Source: an uncultured Gammaproteobacteria bacterium
GTDB lineage: Bacteria > Pseudomonadota > Gammaproteobacteria > Xanthomonadales > Rhodanobacteraceae
Assembly: GCA_963734945.1 (NCBI GenBank)
Contig: CAVTJF010000063.1
Coordinates: 75,496 to 139,495 of the forward strand
Length of the DNA: 64,000 bases
Reading direction: 5' to 3'
Shown here piece by piece: positions 39,153 to 49,481 of the stretch. Within the stretch, counting starts at the first letter, position 1; each line of letters opens with the position of its first letter. The notes below the pieces were generated by a model that saw only the letters and a program-made list of their open reading frames with translations, did no database searches and was not told the DNA's origin. Both the position numbers and the translations under genes were made by a program.

Positions 39153-40364
39153 CTATTTGACCAGCTGGTTGAGGTTGAACACCGGCAGCAGGATGGCCAG
39201 CACGATGAACAGCACCATCGCGCCGACGATCAGAATCAGCGCGGGGCCCAGCACGGCGGTGAGAACGGCAAGAACCCGTTCCAGCTGGCGGCTGCAGTAG
39301 CCCGATGCTTCCATCAGCATGCGTTCCAGCGCACCGGCGCGTTCACCGGCGGCGATCAGGCGCAGGGCCACCGGCGGAAACTGGCCGCTGTCATCCAGGG
39401 CACGCGCCAGCGAGGCACCTTCGCGCACCTTTCCCGCGGCGTCCTCGACCGACCGGCGCATGGCCAGATTGGGGACCACCCGGGCGGTGATCTTCAGTGC
39501 TTCCAGCAGCGGTACGGCGCTGGCAGTGAGCAGCGCCAGGGTGCGGGTGGCGCGTGCCGTCCCGGCCACCTTGAGGAGGTGTCCCAGGCCCGGCAGCTCC
39601 AGCAGCCAGGCGTCGCGACGCTGGCGCCAGACCTTGCCCCGCAGCAGCAGACGAATGCCGGCGGCCACTCCGATCAGCAGCAACAGCAGCCAGATGCCGT
39701 AGGCGCGCAGGAAGGCACTGCCGGCGAGCAGCGCCCGCGTGCTCCAGGGCAGATCCTGGTGCATGCGCACGAATACCTCGGCAATCTGCGGCACCACGTA
39801 GATCAGCAGACCACTCACCACCAGTATCGCGACGATGGCCAGCAGCAGCGGGTATGCCAGTGCCGCCCAGATGCTCTGGCGCATGGCGTCGCGTGATTCG
39901 GCCTCGTCGGCCAGCAGGCCGAGCACGCCATCCAGTTTGCCCGAGCGTTCTCCGGCCGCTACCGAAGCGCGGTACAACTCGGGGAAACTGCGGGGGTGGT
40001 CGGCCATCGCCTCGGCCAGGCTGGCGCCTTCCATCACGCGCGCACGCAAGCCCAGCACCAGGCCGCGCATGCGTGCATCCGATCCGCGTTCGGCCATCGC
40101 CCCCAGCGCTTCGTCAATCGGCAGGCCGGCCCCGAGCAGGGTGGCCAGTTCGCGCAGCAGCAGGGCGCGCCGTGCGCCGTTGAGTACCGCGCGCGAGCCG
40201 AAGCGGCTGCCCGCATCGCTCTGCGCCGCCACCTCGTCGACGCTGACCGGCACCAGCCCCCGCTCGCGCAGCAACTGCCGCGCACCACGCACCGTATCGG
40301 CCTGCAGCACACCGCGGTCGGTGTGGCCGTCTGCCTTCAGTGCCTGGTAGGAAAATGCCGGCAT
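39153..40364 (-). CDS. gspF: type II secretion system inner-membrane platform protein GspF
   Basis: Start re-set to ATG 40364 (MPAFSYQALKADGHTDRGVLQADT). Two GspF repeats and three TM helices. Confidence 0.9.
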   Translation of the reverse strand: MPAFSYQALKADGHTDRGVLQADTVRGARQLLRERGLVPVSVDEVAAQSDAGSRFGSRAVLNGARRALLLRELATLLGAGLPIDEALGAMAERGSDARMRGLVLGLRARVMEGASLAEAMADHPRSFPELYRASVAAGERSGKLDGVLGLLADEAESRDAMRQSIWAALAYPLLLAIVAILVVSGLLIYVVPQIAEVFVRMHQDLPWSTRALLAGSAFLRAYGIWLLLLLIGVAAGIRLLLRGKVWRQRRDAWLLELPGLGHLLKVAGTARATRTLALLTASAVPLLEALKITARVVPNLAMRRSVEDAAGKVREGASLARALDDSGQFPPVALRLIAAGERAGALERMLMEASGYCSRQLERVLAVLTAVLGPALILIVGAMVLFIVLAILLPVFNLNQLVK

Positions 40365-40380
40365 GGCTGACGGGCTCCGA

Positions 40381-41856
40381 TCACTGCTCGCGGGTAACGC
40401 GCAAGACTTCTTCGACGCTGGTGAGGCCGGCGCTGGCGACGCGCCAGCCGTCGTCGACGATGGACGGTGACTGGCCGCGCGCGTGGCGCTCGAGCTGCGC
40501 TTCGGATGCGCCATCGTGGATCAGGGCGCGCATGGTTTCGTCCACCGGCACCAGTTCGTAGATGCCGCTGCGACCCCGGTATCCGCTGGTGCGCTCGCCG
40601 CCGTCGCCGGGCCGGAACAGGGTCGTGCCCGCGTCGCTTTCGGGCCGGCCGAAGGCAGCCAGTTCGGCGTCACCGGCCGGGTAGGGCTGGCGCGTATCCG
40701 GGTCGAGCCGGCGCACCAGGCGCTGCGCCAGCACGCCGATCAGGCTGGATGCCAGGAGGAACGGTTCGACGCCCATGTCGCGCAGGCGGGTTACGGCGCC
40801 GACCGCCGAGTTGGTGTGCAGGGTGGAAAGCACCAGGTGTCCGGTGAGCGAAGCCTGTACTGCAATCTCGGCGGTCTCGAGATCACGGATCTCGCCGACC
40901 ATGACCACGTCCGGGTCCTGGCGCAGGATGGCGCGCAGACCACGCGCGAAGGTCATGTCCACGCGCGTGTTGACCTGGGTCTGGCCGATGCCGTCGAGAT
41001 AGTATTCGATCGGGTCCTCGACCGTCATGATGTTGCGGCTGCTGTCGTTGAGACGACTGAGCGCGGCGTACAGCGTGGTGGTCTTGCCCGAGCCGGTGGG
41101 ACCGGTGACCAGGATGATGCCGTGCGGACGCTCGAGCATGTGCTCCAGCCGCTGGCGGGTCGGTCCGTCCATGCCCAGCTCGGTCAGGTCCAGGCGCCCG
41201 GCCTGCTTGTCCAGCAGGCGCAGTACCACGCGCTCGCCGTGGCCGCCGGGGATGGTGGAAACGCGCACGTCCACCGGGCGACCGGCAATCTTCAGGCCGA
41301 TGCGGCCATCCTGCGGCAGACGCCGCTCGGCGATGTCCAGCCGCGCCATGACCTTGATGCGGCTGACCAGGGCATTGGCCAGTGCGCGCGGCGGGGTGAG
41401 CACTTCGCGCAGCACGCCGTCGACGCGGAATCGCACTACCAGGCGCGACTCGAAAGGCTCGATGTGGATGTCCGAAGCGTTTTCGCGCACCGCCTCGGCC
41501 AGCAGCGCATTGATCAGCCGGATGACCGGGGCGTCATCCTCGCTTTCCATCAGGTCCTGCGGCTCGGCCAGCTCCTCGGCCAGCGAGGCCAGGTCGGTTT
41601 CGCTGTCGAGGTCGGCGCTGAGCGCACTGGCGTCGCCGCCCTGCTGGTACAGATCGCGCAGGGTTCTGCTCCAGGCGTCCTTGTCCAGGCGCGCCACGCG
41701 GATGGGCACCCCCAGGTGGCGACGCAGCTCGGCCAGCGCACTGCTGTCGGCATCGGCGCGGCAGGCGACGTCGGCATGATCGCCGTGCCAGGCGGTCATG
41801 GTCACGCCCAGTCGGCGGGCGAAGCCGTATCCGGGGCGGGCGGGTGCCTCGCTCAC
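40381..41856 (-). CDS. gspE: type II secretion system ATPase GspE
   Basis: Walker [16 protein letters not shown], Asp box, IMVGEIRD, His box LVLSTLHTN. The GTG start overlaps the gspD stop (GTGA). Confidence 0.95.
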   Translation of the reverse strand: MSEAPARPGYGFARRLGVTMTAWHGDHADVACRADADSSALAELRRHLGVPIRVARLDKDAWSRTLRDLYQQGGDASALSADLDSETDLASLAEELAEPQDLMESEDDAPVIRLINALLAEAVRENASDIHIEPFESRLVVRFRVDGVLREVLTPPRALANALVSRIKVMARLDIAERRLPQDGRIGLKIAGRPVDVRVSTIPGGHGERVVLRLLDKQAGRLDLTELGMDGPTRQRLEHMLERPHGIILVTGPTGSGKTTTLYAALSRLNDSSRNIMTVEDPIEYYLDGIGQTQVNTRVDMTFARGLRAILRQDPDVVMVGEIRDLETAEIAVQASLTGHLVLSTLHTNSAVGAVTRLRDMGVEPFLLASSLIGVLAQRLVRRLDPDTRQPYPAGDAELAAFGRPESDAGTTLFRPGDGGERTSGYRGRSGIYELVPVDETMRALIHDGASEAQLERHARGQSPSIVDDGWRVASAGLTSVEEVLRVTREQ

Positions 41857-43910
41857 GGCTTGCGACCGGCCTTGTCGGCAGCAGTGGCGGGTGCCGGATC
41901 GGCGAGGAAGTCGTGCACGGCCGGCAGCAGCGGGCGCTCGTCACGCGGCGTCAGCAGCGCGCGGTTGTCGCGCAGCTTCAACTGCTCGGTGCGCATGTAA
42001 TTGTATTTTTCGCTGGACACGGCCTGCTCGGTGGCCGCATCGCGCAGGATCTTCGGGTGCAGGAACACCATCAGGTCCTGCTTCTCGTTCTTGTTGCTGC
42101 GGTAGCGGAACAGGTTGCCCAGGAGGGGAATGTCACCCAGCAGGGGTACCTTGCGATTGGTGTCGCTGGTGTTGTTGGATATCAGCCCGCCGAGCACCAG
42201 CATGGCGTCGTCGGCTACCAGCACCGAGGTCTTCACTTCACGCTTGTTGGTGATCAGGTCGACGGCGCCGCTGACCTGCGGCGCCAGCGAGGACAACACA
42301 TAGTGGATGTCCATGCGCACCGCGTCGCCTTCGTTGATGTGCGGGGTGACGGTGAGGGTCAAGCCCACGTCTTTTCGCTCGATGGTCTGGAACGGGTTCT
42401 GCGGCTGGCTGGTGCCGCCGGCATTGGTGCTGGTGTACTGTCCGGTCTTGAACGGCACCTCCTGCGCCACCTTGATTACCGCTTCCTGATTGTCGAGGGT
42501 CAGAATGCTGGGCGTGGACAGGACATTGCTGTTGCCGTCGCCTTGCAGTGCCCGTATCAGGGCGCCGACCTGCAGGATCGGCGTGTCCGAGCCGGGCAGG
42601 GTGACCGAGCCGTTGAGATAGCCGAGGTTGAGGCCACCGGCCAGCGCGCCGGCCAGGTTGTTGGGGTCGGCCAGGCTCAGGATATTGCCCTGGCCGTTGG
42701 GGCCGGTGAAGTTGGTGCCACCGATGACCGAATCCTTGAGGCTGCCGTCCGCATTGGTCTTCAGCGGCAATTGCCACTGCACGCCGATCTCCTTGGCCGT
42801 GCTCAGACCCACCTCGGCAATCACCGCCTCGATCAGGACCTGGGCGCGGCGGATGTCGAGCTGGCGGACGACCGCCTGCAGGGAACGGAATACGGCCGGG
42901 GATGCGGTGATCACCAGCGCATTGGTTTTCTCGTCGGCCTGGATGGTGGTTGACTCCTTGTCGGCGCCACCAGCGGCTGCCGGCGCCTTGGCGGTGCCGG
43001 CGGCGCGTGCGTCGCTGCCTTCGAGATCGCGCGCCACGCCCGACAGGATCGGCACCAGGTCCTTGGCATTGGCGTAGTTGAGGTACACCACCTGGGTGGC
43101 GCCGCCCGATTGCAGCGGCGTGTCCAGATTGGTGATCAGGGTGCGCATGGCCAGGCGCCGGCTCTTGCTGCCCGAGAGCAGGATGGAGTTGGTGCGCTCA
43201 TCGGCCATCACGTTGATGCCGTTGGGCCCCTTGTCCGCGCTGTTGCCATCCAGACGGGTGAGGGTGCGCGCCACTTCGGAGGCGTTGGCATGCTGCAGCG
43301 GAATCACCTCGACGTGGGCGTCGCTGGCGGTGTCGACCCGGGCAATGATGCGCTCCAGCCGATGCACCACCGAGGCGCGGTCGGACAGGATCAGCGAGTT
43401 GCTCGGCCCGTGCGCCACCACCTGGCCGCCCTGCGGCACGAACTGCTGCAGCAGCGTCGCCAGTTCAGGAGCCGACACGTAATGCACCGGCACCACCTGG
43501 GTCACCAATCCGTTGCCCTGGGGAAGTTTCGAGTCCACCGGCACGGCGCCATCGCCACGTGCGCTGGCCTGGCTGACGATTTTCACCATGCCGTCGCCGG
43601 CGGGCAGGGTGACGTAGCCGTGCACCGCCAGTACCTGCTGGAACACCTGGTAGATCTGCTCGGCATCCAGCGGTTTTTGCGACACCACCGTGACCTTGCC
43701 CTGCACATTGGGGCCGAGGATGAAGTTCTTGCCGGTGATCTCCGACACCGTGGCCACCAGGGCCTGGATGTCGGCATCCTTGAGGTTGAGCATCTGCGGC
43801 CCGCTGACCTTGGCGCCGGTCTTGTCCGCGGCTGGCGACTGGGCAGCAGCGGGCATCGCCAGCGGCAACAGCAGCAGTGCAAGAATCAGGTTCTGGATAG
43901 TGCGACGCAT
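41853..43910 (-). CDS. gspD: type II secretion system secretin GspD
   Basis: Signal peptide [25 protein letters not shown]0-N3 domains, and a secretin domain reading [15 protein letters not shown]. Confidence 0.95.
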   Translation of the reverse strand: MRRTIQNLILALLLLPLAMPAAAQSPAADKTGAKVSGPQMLNLKDADIQALVATVSEITGKNFILGPNVQGKVTVVSQKPLDAEQIYQVFQQVLAVHGYVTLPAGDGMVKIVSQASARGDGAVPVDSKLPQGNGLVTQVVPVHYVSAPELATLLQQFVPQGGQVVAHGPSNSLILSDRASVVHRLERIIARVDTASDAHVEVIPLQHANASEVARTLTRLDGNSADKGPNGINVMADERTNSILLSGSKSRRLAMRTLITNLDTPLQSGGATQVVYLNYANAKDLVPILSGVARDLEGSDARAAGTAKAPAAAGGADKESTTIQADEKTNALVITASPAVFRSLQAVVRQLDIRRAQVLIEAVIAEVGLSTAKEIGVQWQLPLKTNADGSLKDSVIGGTNFTGPNGQGNILSLADPNNLAGALAGGLNLGYLNGSVTLPGSDTPILQVGALIRALQGDGNSNVLSTPSILTLDNQEAVIKVAQEVPFKTGQYTSTNAGGTSQPQNPFQTIERKDVGLTLTVTPHINEGDAVRMDIHYVLSSLAPQVSGAVDLITNKREVKTSVLVADDAMLVLGGLISNNTSDTNRKVPLLGDIPLLGNLFRYRSNKNEKQDLMVFLHPKILRDAATEQAVSSEKYNYMRTEQLKLRDNRALLTPRDERPLLPAVHDFLADPAPATAADKAGRKP

Positions 43911-43928
43911 GGTGTTATTCCCGATGGT

Positions 43929-44900
43929 TCATTGGCCCTTGCTCAGATCGATATCGATCGTCTGTGGCTGGCCGTTGCGCTGTATGGTCAGTTGTACGTG
44001 TTTGGCGTTGCGCAGTTGTTGAAACAGTTGCTGGCCGCGGGCAATGGAGTCCAGATGAATGCCGTTGACCGCAGTCACCACGTCGTCCGCACCCAGCCCG
44101 TATGCCGCAGCCAGCGGGTTGCTGGCGCCGCCACCCAGGCGTACGCCACGCAACTCGCCGTCGCTGAATACCGGTTGCAGCTGCATGTTGGCGACGGCCC
44201 TGGCCGGGTCGCGTTGAAACTCCGACTGTACCTGCTGCCAATTGACGCGGCCACCGCTTATGCGCGGTGCCACGTATATGGGCGTTGTCGCACCGGCGCC
44301 GGTCGAGCGTCCGGCTTGCGACCCGCCACTGTTGGTCAGGGTGCCGCCACTGTGACCCAGGGGCTGCACCGATGATGCACTGTCCAGTGACTCGCGCGGC
44401 AGGTCCAGGCGCTCGTTGCGGCCATTGTGCTCCAGCACCACATGGTCGGCGCGCACCGCCTTCAGGCTGACCCCCTGCTGGATGCGGTCGCCTACCCGGT
44501 AGCTGTGCTCCGTGCCATTGGCATCGGCGATCAGTGCGTAGCCTCCCTCACCCTGGCCTGCCGACACGGTGCCATGCAGGGTCAGTTTCAACTGGGTCGC
44601 CTGGCCCGCTTCCATGATGTCGCGCCTGAGCGCGTTGGCATTGCCATTGCCAAAAAGGTGCCAGCGACTGATGTCGCCCTGGGTGCTGTCGGCTTGTGCA
44701 ATCGGGGCGCTGGCCGGCATCGGGGAGAGTTCCGGGGTCAGCGGAGTGAACAGCGACCAGGCCAGTTGCACCAGCATCCAGATGCACAGCAGTCCGGCCA
44801 GCAGCACGGCCGACCATGCCAGCACGGTCGGCAGCCGTGACGGCAAGGATGTTCCTGCGTTCGGGTTTGCAGCGCGCATCAGCCCTGCCCTCGGCGTCAT
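43929..44900 (-). CDS. gspC: type II secretion system protein GspC (TM + HR + PDZ)
   Basis: N-terminal TM (VLAWSAVLLAGLLCIWMLV) and a C-terminal PDZ-like segment (GVRLGG...GLGADDVVTAVNG). Positioned immediately upstream of gspD. Confidence 0.75.
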   Translation of the reverse strand: MTPRAGLMRAANPNAGTSLPSRLPTVLAWSAVLLAGLLCIWMLVQLAWSLFTPLTPELSPMPASAPIAQADSTQGDISRWHLFGNGNANALRRDIMEAGQATQLKLTLHGTVSAGQGEGGYALIADANGTEHSYRVGDRIQQGVSLKAVRADHVVLEHNGRNERLDLPRESLDSASSVQPLGHSGGTLTNSGGSQAGRSTGAGATTPIYVAPRISGGRVNWQQVQSEFQRDPARAVANMQLQPVFSDGELRGVRLGGGASNPLAAAYGLGADDVVTAVNGIHLDSIARGQQLFQQLRNAKHVQLTIQRNGQPQTIDIDLSKGQ

Positions 44901-45049
44901 CCGGGCGCAGGCCGGGATCCAGTGCTTGACGCCGTGCGCGGCACGCTACATGGGTAGCGAGTGCTGCGCACCAGTGTCCACTGGATCCCGGCCTGCGCCG
45001 GGATGACGATCTGTGTTTCGGGAAACATGTTCAACAGACAGCTCCGAGC

Positions 45050-46378
45050 TCAGTTGGACGGCGCGTTGCTGGAATCGGCATTGCCACCGCGACGCCGCCT
45101 GCGCCGGCGCGGACGGCCGCTTTTCTCGCCTGCGGTCTTGCCGTTGCCGCTGGCGTGCTTGCCGGGGTCAGACGGCTTGTCCTCGCTTGTCCGCGGTGGC
45201 GCAGTGACCTCCAGCATGGCCGGGTCGATGGACTGCACCGGGATCTTCTGTTCGATGTAGGCCTCGATGTCGGGCAGGGACATGGCGTAACGGTCGCAGG
45301 CGAAACTGATGGCGTCACCGCTGGCGCCAAGGCGCGCAGTGCGGCCGATGCGATGCACGTAGTCCTCCGGGTCCTGCGGCAGGTCGTAGTTGAACACATG
45401 GGTGATGTCGTCCACATGCAGGCCACGCGCTGCCACGTCGGTAGCTACCAGGAGGCTGATTTTGCCGTCCTTGAATCGTTGCAACAAGGTCTGACGCTTC
45501 TTTTGCGGCACGTCGCCCGACAGGGTGGCCACGTGATGGCCCTGCCGGCTCAGGCGTCGCGCCACCTGCTCGGCCGCGGCGCGGGTATTGACGAACACGA
45601 TGCCACGCTGCACGTGCATTGATTCGATCATGTTCAGCAGCAGCGGCAGCTTCTCCTCGCGTGCCGGGAAGAACACCTGCTGGCTCACGTGGTCGGCGGT
45701 GATCTGCTCGGTTTCCACGGTCAGCTTCTCGGGGCTGTTCATGTGTTCGTAGGCGAGTTCCAGCACGCGCAGGCTCAGGGTTGCGGAAAACAGCAATGCC
45801 TGGCGCTCCTCGCGCGGCGGCAGGCGCCGGAACAGGTAGCGCACGTCCTTGATGAAGCCCAGGTCGAACATCCGGTCGGCTTCGTCGATGACCATCACCT
45901 CGACGCTGGACAGGCGGAACACATGCTGCTTGAAGTAGTCCAGCAGGCGTCCCGGCGTGGCAATGATGATGTCGCAACCGTCCTTCAGCAGCTGCCGTTG
46001 CTTATCGTAGTCGACGCCCCCATAGATAAGTGCAAGGCGCAAGCCGGTGTGGCCGCCGATCAGACGCGCGTCCTTCTCGATCTGGATGGCCAGCTCGCGG
46101 GTCGGGGCAATGATCAGCGCACGCGGGTCCTGGTCCCGCCGCTCGGGCAGGGCCGGACGCGTCAGCAGCCGGTTCATCAGTGCCACCAGGAAGGCACAGG
46201 TCTTGCCCGTGCCGGTCTGCGCCTGGCCAGCCACGTCCTTGCCCGCCAACGCCGGCGGCAGGGCCATGGCCTGGATCGGCGTGCAGCGCGTGAACTGGCA
46301 CTCGGCCAGGCCCTGCAGCAGTCGCGGGTGAAGGTCGAACTGTTCGAAAAAGGTATCAGTGAGTACTTGGGTCGCCAT
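45050..46378 (-). CDS. rhlB: ATP-dependent DEAD-box RNA helicase RhlB
   Basis: Q-motif, [12 protein letters not shown] ([13 protein letters not shown]), [11 protein letters not shown], and a basic C-terminal tail. Divergent from trxA, as in enterobacterial rhlB-trxA-rho synteny. Confidence 0.9.
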   Translation of the reverse strand: MATQVLTDTFFEQFDLHPRLLQGLAECQFTRCTPIQAMALPPALAGKDVAGQAQTGTGKTCAFLVALMNRLLTRPALPERRDQDPRALIIAPTRELAIQIEKDARLIGGHTGLRLALIYGGVDYDKQRQLLKDGCDIIIATPGRLLDYFKQHVFRLSSVEVMVIDEADRMFDLGFIKDVRYLFRRLPPREERQALLFSATLSLRVLELAYEHMNSPEKLTVETEQITADHVSQQVFFPAREEKLPLLLNMIESMHVQRGIVFVNTRAAAEQVARRLSRQGHHVATLSGDVPQKKRQTLLQRFKDGKISLLVATDVAARGLHVDDITHVFNYDLPQDPEDYVHRIGRTARLGASGDAISFACDRYAMSLPDIEAYIEQKIPVQSIDPAMLEVTAPPRTSEDKPSDPGKHASGNGKTAGEKSGRPRRRRRRRGGNADSSNAPSN

Positions 46379-46577
46379 GCAATAATTCTATTTGGGTCAT
46401 AATGGGAGCCATCCCGCAAGACGGCCCGGTGACCTGCCCGCAGCAGCCAGCAACATCCAAATGTCATCGATTGCGGTCGTGACAGGGCCCCGGCAGGCGG
46501 TCTATGGTTCCGCCAGTCTAGCCCAAGCGGTCGTCCGCAGTCCGCACAACCCGAACATTCAGTACCTGGAGCAAAAC

Positions 46578-46904
46578 ATGAGCGATCTCATCAAGCACAT
46601 CAGCGATTCCGATTTCGAGGCCGAAGTGCTCAAGTCCGAGCAGCCCGTACTGGTCGACTTCTGGGCCGAGTGGTGCGGTCCCTGCCGCGCACTGGCGCCC
46701 ATGCTGGAGGAACTGGCCAGCGAATACGAAGGCCGCGTCAAGATCGTCAAGCTCAACATCGACGACAACCAGAACTCGGCGGTGAAGTACAACGTGCGCT
46801 CGATCCCCACCCTGCTGCTGTTCAAGGACGGCCAGGTGGAAAGCACCGAGATCGGCGCCAAGCCCAAGGGTGCCTTCACGCAGATGCTGGACAAGGTGGC
46901 GTGA
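46578..46904 (+). CDS. trxA: thioredoxin 1
   Basis: 108 aa from ATG 46578. VLVDFWAEWCGPCRALAP contains the WCGPC active site. Confidence 0.95.
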   Translation: MSDLIKHISDSDFEAEVLKSEQPVLVDFWAEWCGPCRALAPMLEELASEYEGRVKIVKLNIDDNQNSAVKYNVRSIPTLLLFKDGQVESTEIGAKPKGAFTQMLDKVA

Positions 46905-46913
46905 CAGGCCGAT

Positions 46914-47363
46914 AGCCATGCTGCGCATGGCTATCCCCAGAGATTTTGCTGCGCAAAATTCCGGGCCCCGGCATGCGTTGCGTCAGCCATGCTGAGCATG
47001 GCTGACCCCAAAACTTCGCTTTGCGAAGTTCCGGGCCCCGGCATGCATCTCCACACCCCCATCCGCGGCTGCGCCGCGGATCGCCCCCTGACTCAGGGGG
47101 CTGGGTCGGTGCTGCGCAGGGCTGCGCAAGAAATTTCCTGCAATATTCCGGGTCCCTGCGGCAGCAGCTGAGCATGGCTCCCATTCGCTTTGCGAAGTTC
47201 CGCCCGGCATGCTCTCCACCCCCCAACTGCGTGGCGGGTCGCGATCAGCCATGCTGCGCATGGCTAACCCCAGAGATTTTGCTGCGCAAAGTTCCGGGCC
47301 CCGGCATGCTTCTCCACACCCCCATCCGCGCCGATGGCGCGGATCGCCCCCTGACTCAGGGGG
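46914..47363. repeat. tandem array of five composite palindromic (REP/BIME-like) units in the trxA-rho spacer
   Basis: Full units lie at 46985-47100 and 47247-47363. Their order is AGCCATGCTG(A/C)GCATGGCT hairpin, then TTTGC..GCAAA hairpin, then CCGGGCCCCGG, GCATGC and CTCCACACCCCCATC, then a CGCGG..CCGCG hairpin, then CCCCCTGACTCAGGGGG hairpin. A short unit lies at 46914-46976. Two decayed units lie at 47101-47165 and 47166-47246. Confidence 0.8.
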
Positions 47364-47520
47364 TTGAGATGGTGCATCGCTGGTCGTGCCTTGTTTGGTG
47401 GTATGCGGGCACTTGTATGGTGAGCTGCGCTTCCGTGCCGGACGCTCCAGGCTGAACCGAATTGCATGCGGCACTGGACGCACAGGCTGCAACAATGCTA
47501 CTTTCACCGGGTCGCAGGCG

Positions 47521-47567
47521 CTCGCCTGCCCGTCCCCTGAACCTTTTTCCCCCTCCGGCGCCCATTC
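47521..47567 (+). promoter_or_regulatory. C-rich/G-poor tract in the rho leader (candidate rut-like site)
   Basis: Hand count over 47 nt gives 25 C and 7 G, in a genome where G and C are otherwise roughly balanced. It lies immediately upstream of the proposed rho start. Confidence 0.3.
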
Positions 47568-47578
47568 GAGGTCCGTCC

Positions 47579-49312
47579 GTGTCTGATATTGAAGAAAAGA
47601 ACGCGCCCAGCGCAAACCATTCCAGCGATGGCGACAAGCCAGCATCCAGGTCGGATTCGCCGGACAAACCCAAACGTGCTCCCCGCCGCAAGAAAGCCGC
47701 TGCCGCCGACTCCGGCGAGCAGGGCAAGTCCGGTGGTGGCCAGGACAACCCGTCCGCCAGCAATGATGGCGGAAAGTCCTCGGGCCAGGGTTCCTCCGGC
47801 TCGGGGTCGTCCGGCAAGGACAGCTCATCCGGCAAGGACTCCGGCGACAAGGGTGGCAACGACGACGGCCAGGGCGGCAATCGTGGTGGCAAGCCGCACG
47901 GCGGCAAGAACAAGCGCCGCGACAACAGCAACAACAACAAGAAGCGCCGTCGCGGGCGCAACGATCGCGGTCCTGGCCCTCGTCACGGCATGCCCAATGA
48001 GGACATTGACGAGAACGACGAGGGCGTGGATGCCGGCGACAGTTCGCGCCTGATCAACCTCACCGAGCTCAAGGCCATGAACGCGGTCGAGCTGCTGGCC
48101 AAGGCCGAGGAGCTGGGTATCGAGGAACACGTCGCTCGCGCCCGCAAGCAGAACGTGATCTTCAACATCCTCAAGGCCCATGCCCAGTCCGGTGGCGCCA
48201 TCTGGGGCGAGGGCGTGCTGGAAATCCTGCAGGACGGCTTCGGCTTCCTGCGTTCGGCAGACGAGTCCTATCTGGCCGGCGCCGACGATATCTACGTCAG
48301 CCCCAGCCAGATCCGGCGTTTCAACCTGCGTACCGGTGACTACCTGACCGGGCGCGTGCGCCATCCCAAGGAAAACGAGCGCTACTTCGCCATGCTGCGG
48401 GTGGATGACATCAATGGCGAGCCGCCGGCAGCGTCCAAGAACAAGATCCTGTTCGAGAACCTGACCCCGCTGTTCCCGCGCGAAGCGTTCCACCTGGAGC
48501 GCGGCAACGGCTCCAGCGAGGACATCACCGGCCGCATCCTGGACATGATTGCCCCGGTCGGCAAGGGTCAGCGCGGTCTCATCGTGTCGCCGCCCAAGGC
48601 CGGCAAGACGATGATGCTGCAGAACGTGGCCCAGGCCATCGTGCACAATCATCCGGATGCGCACCTGATCATCCTGCTGATTGACGAGCGTCCCGAGGAA
48701 GTCACGGAAATGGCCCGCTCGGTGCGCGCCGAGGTGGTCAGCTCCACCTTCGACGAGCCCGCCGCACGCCATGTGCAGGTGGCCGAGATGGTGATCGAGC
48801 GCGCCAAGCGCCTGGTCGAGCACAAGCGCGACGTGATCATCCTGCTCGACTCGATCACCCGCCTGGCGCGAGCCTACAACACCGTGGTGCCGTCTTCGGG
48901 CAAGGTGCTTACCGGTGGTGTGGACGCCAATGCGCTGCAGCGTCCGAAGCGTTTCTTCGGCGCCGCGCGCAACGTCGAGGAAGGCGGTTCACTGACCATC
49001 CTCGCCACGGCCCTGGTCGACACCGGCTCGAAGATGGACGAGGTGATCTACGAGGAGTTCAAGGGTACCGGCAACATGGAAGTGCACCTGAACCGGCGCA
49101 TTGCCGAGAAGCGCGTGTATCCGGCCATCGACATCAACCGCTCCGGCACGCGTCGCGAAGATCTGCTGATTCCGCCGGACATGCTGCAGAAGATATGGAT
49201 CCTGCGCAAACTGCTGCATCCCATGGATGAACTGGCCGCCATCGAGTTCACACTGGACAAGATGAAGAACACCAAGACCAACGACGAGTTCTTTGCCGCG
49301 ATGCGGCGATAG
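47579..49312 (+). CDS. rho: transcription termination factor Rho with ~157-aa low-complexity N-terminal extension
   Basis: From [16 protein letters not shown] onward it matches canonical Rho ([15 protein letters not shown], Walker [16 protein letters not shown]). Start proposed at GTG 47579, with GAGG 8 nt upstream. Alternative starts are ATG 47495 and TTG 47462. Confidence 0.9.
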   Translation: MSDIEEKNAPSANHSSDGDKPASRSDSPDKPKRAPRRKKAAAADSGEQGKSGGGQDNPSASNDGGKSSGQGSSGSGSSGKDSSSGKDSGDKGGNDDGQGGNRGGKPHGGKNKRRDNSNNNKKRRRGRNDRGPGPRHGMPNEDIDENDEGVDAGDSSRLINLTELKAMNAVELLAKAEELGIEEHVARARKQNVIFNILKAHAQSGGAIWGEGVLEILQDGFGFLRSADESYLAGADDIYVSPSQIRRFNLRTGDYLTGRVRHPKENERYFAMLRVDDINGEPPAASKNKILFENLTPLFPREAFHLERGNGSSEDITGRILDMIAPVGKGQRGLIVSPPKAGKTMMLQNVAQAIVHNHPDAHLIILLIDERPEEVTEMARSVRAEVVSSTFDEPAARHVQVAEMVIERAKRLVEHKRDVIILLDSITRLARAYNTVVPSSGKVLTGGVDANALQRPKRFFGAARNVEEGGSLTILATALVDTGSKMDEVIYEEFKGTGNMEVHLNRRIAEKRVYPAIDINRSGTRREDLLIPPDMLQKIWILRKLLHPMDELAAIEFTLDKMKNTKTNDEFFAAMRR

Positions 49313-49336
49313 ATCGCGACGGGTACATGGTGATGG

Positions 49337-49365
49337 AAAAGGCCGGCCCTGTGCCGGCCTTTTCC
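49337..49365 (+). terminator. rho-independent terminator after rho
   Basis: AAAAGGCCGGC-CCTGT-GCCGGCCTTTT, with a GC-rich core stem, followed by a T-run. Confidence 0.8.
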
Positions 49366-49481
49366 TTGCCTGGGCGCTGATTTCGATACGTCTTCGCTGC
49401 CTGTTCCTGACTGGGCAGGGCGACAAGCGCCATGCAGTCCGGAATCTGGACACGGCGCGGGATGCGGGCTTTGCGGGCGTC

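Noticed and set aside
46914-47363. CRISPR array
   Set aside because: The units are directly adjacent composite palindromes of unequal length with no unique spacers, and no cas genes are present. They are REP/BIME-like instead.
47391-47421. Sigma-70 promoter for rho (TTGTTT ... TATGGT)
   Set aside because: The 19-nt spacer and weak hexamers give too little support without TSS data. The same applies to the putative promoters in 7146-7209 and 46380-46410.
46983-47961. 281-aa and 201-aa minus-strand ORFs across the repeat array and the rho 5' region
   Set aside because: The repeated peptide PESGGDPR.RGWGCG.ACRGPEL simply reflects the DNA repeats. The second ORF is antisense to the rho extension.
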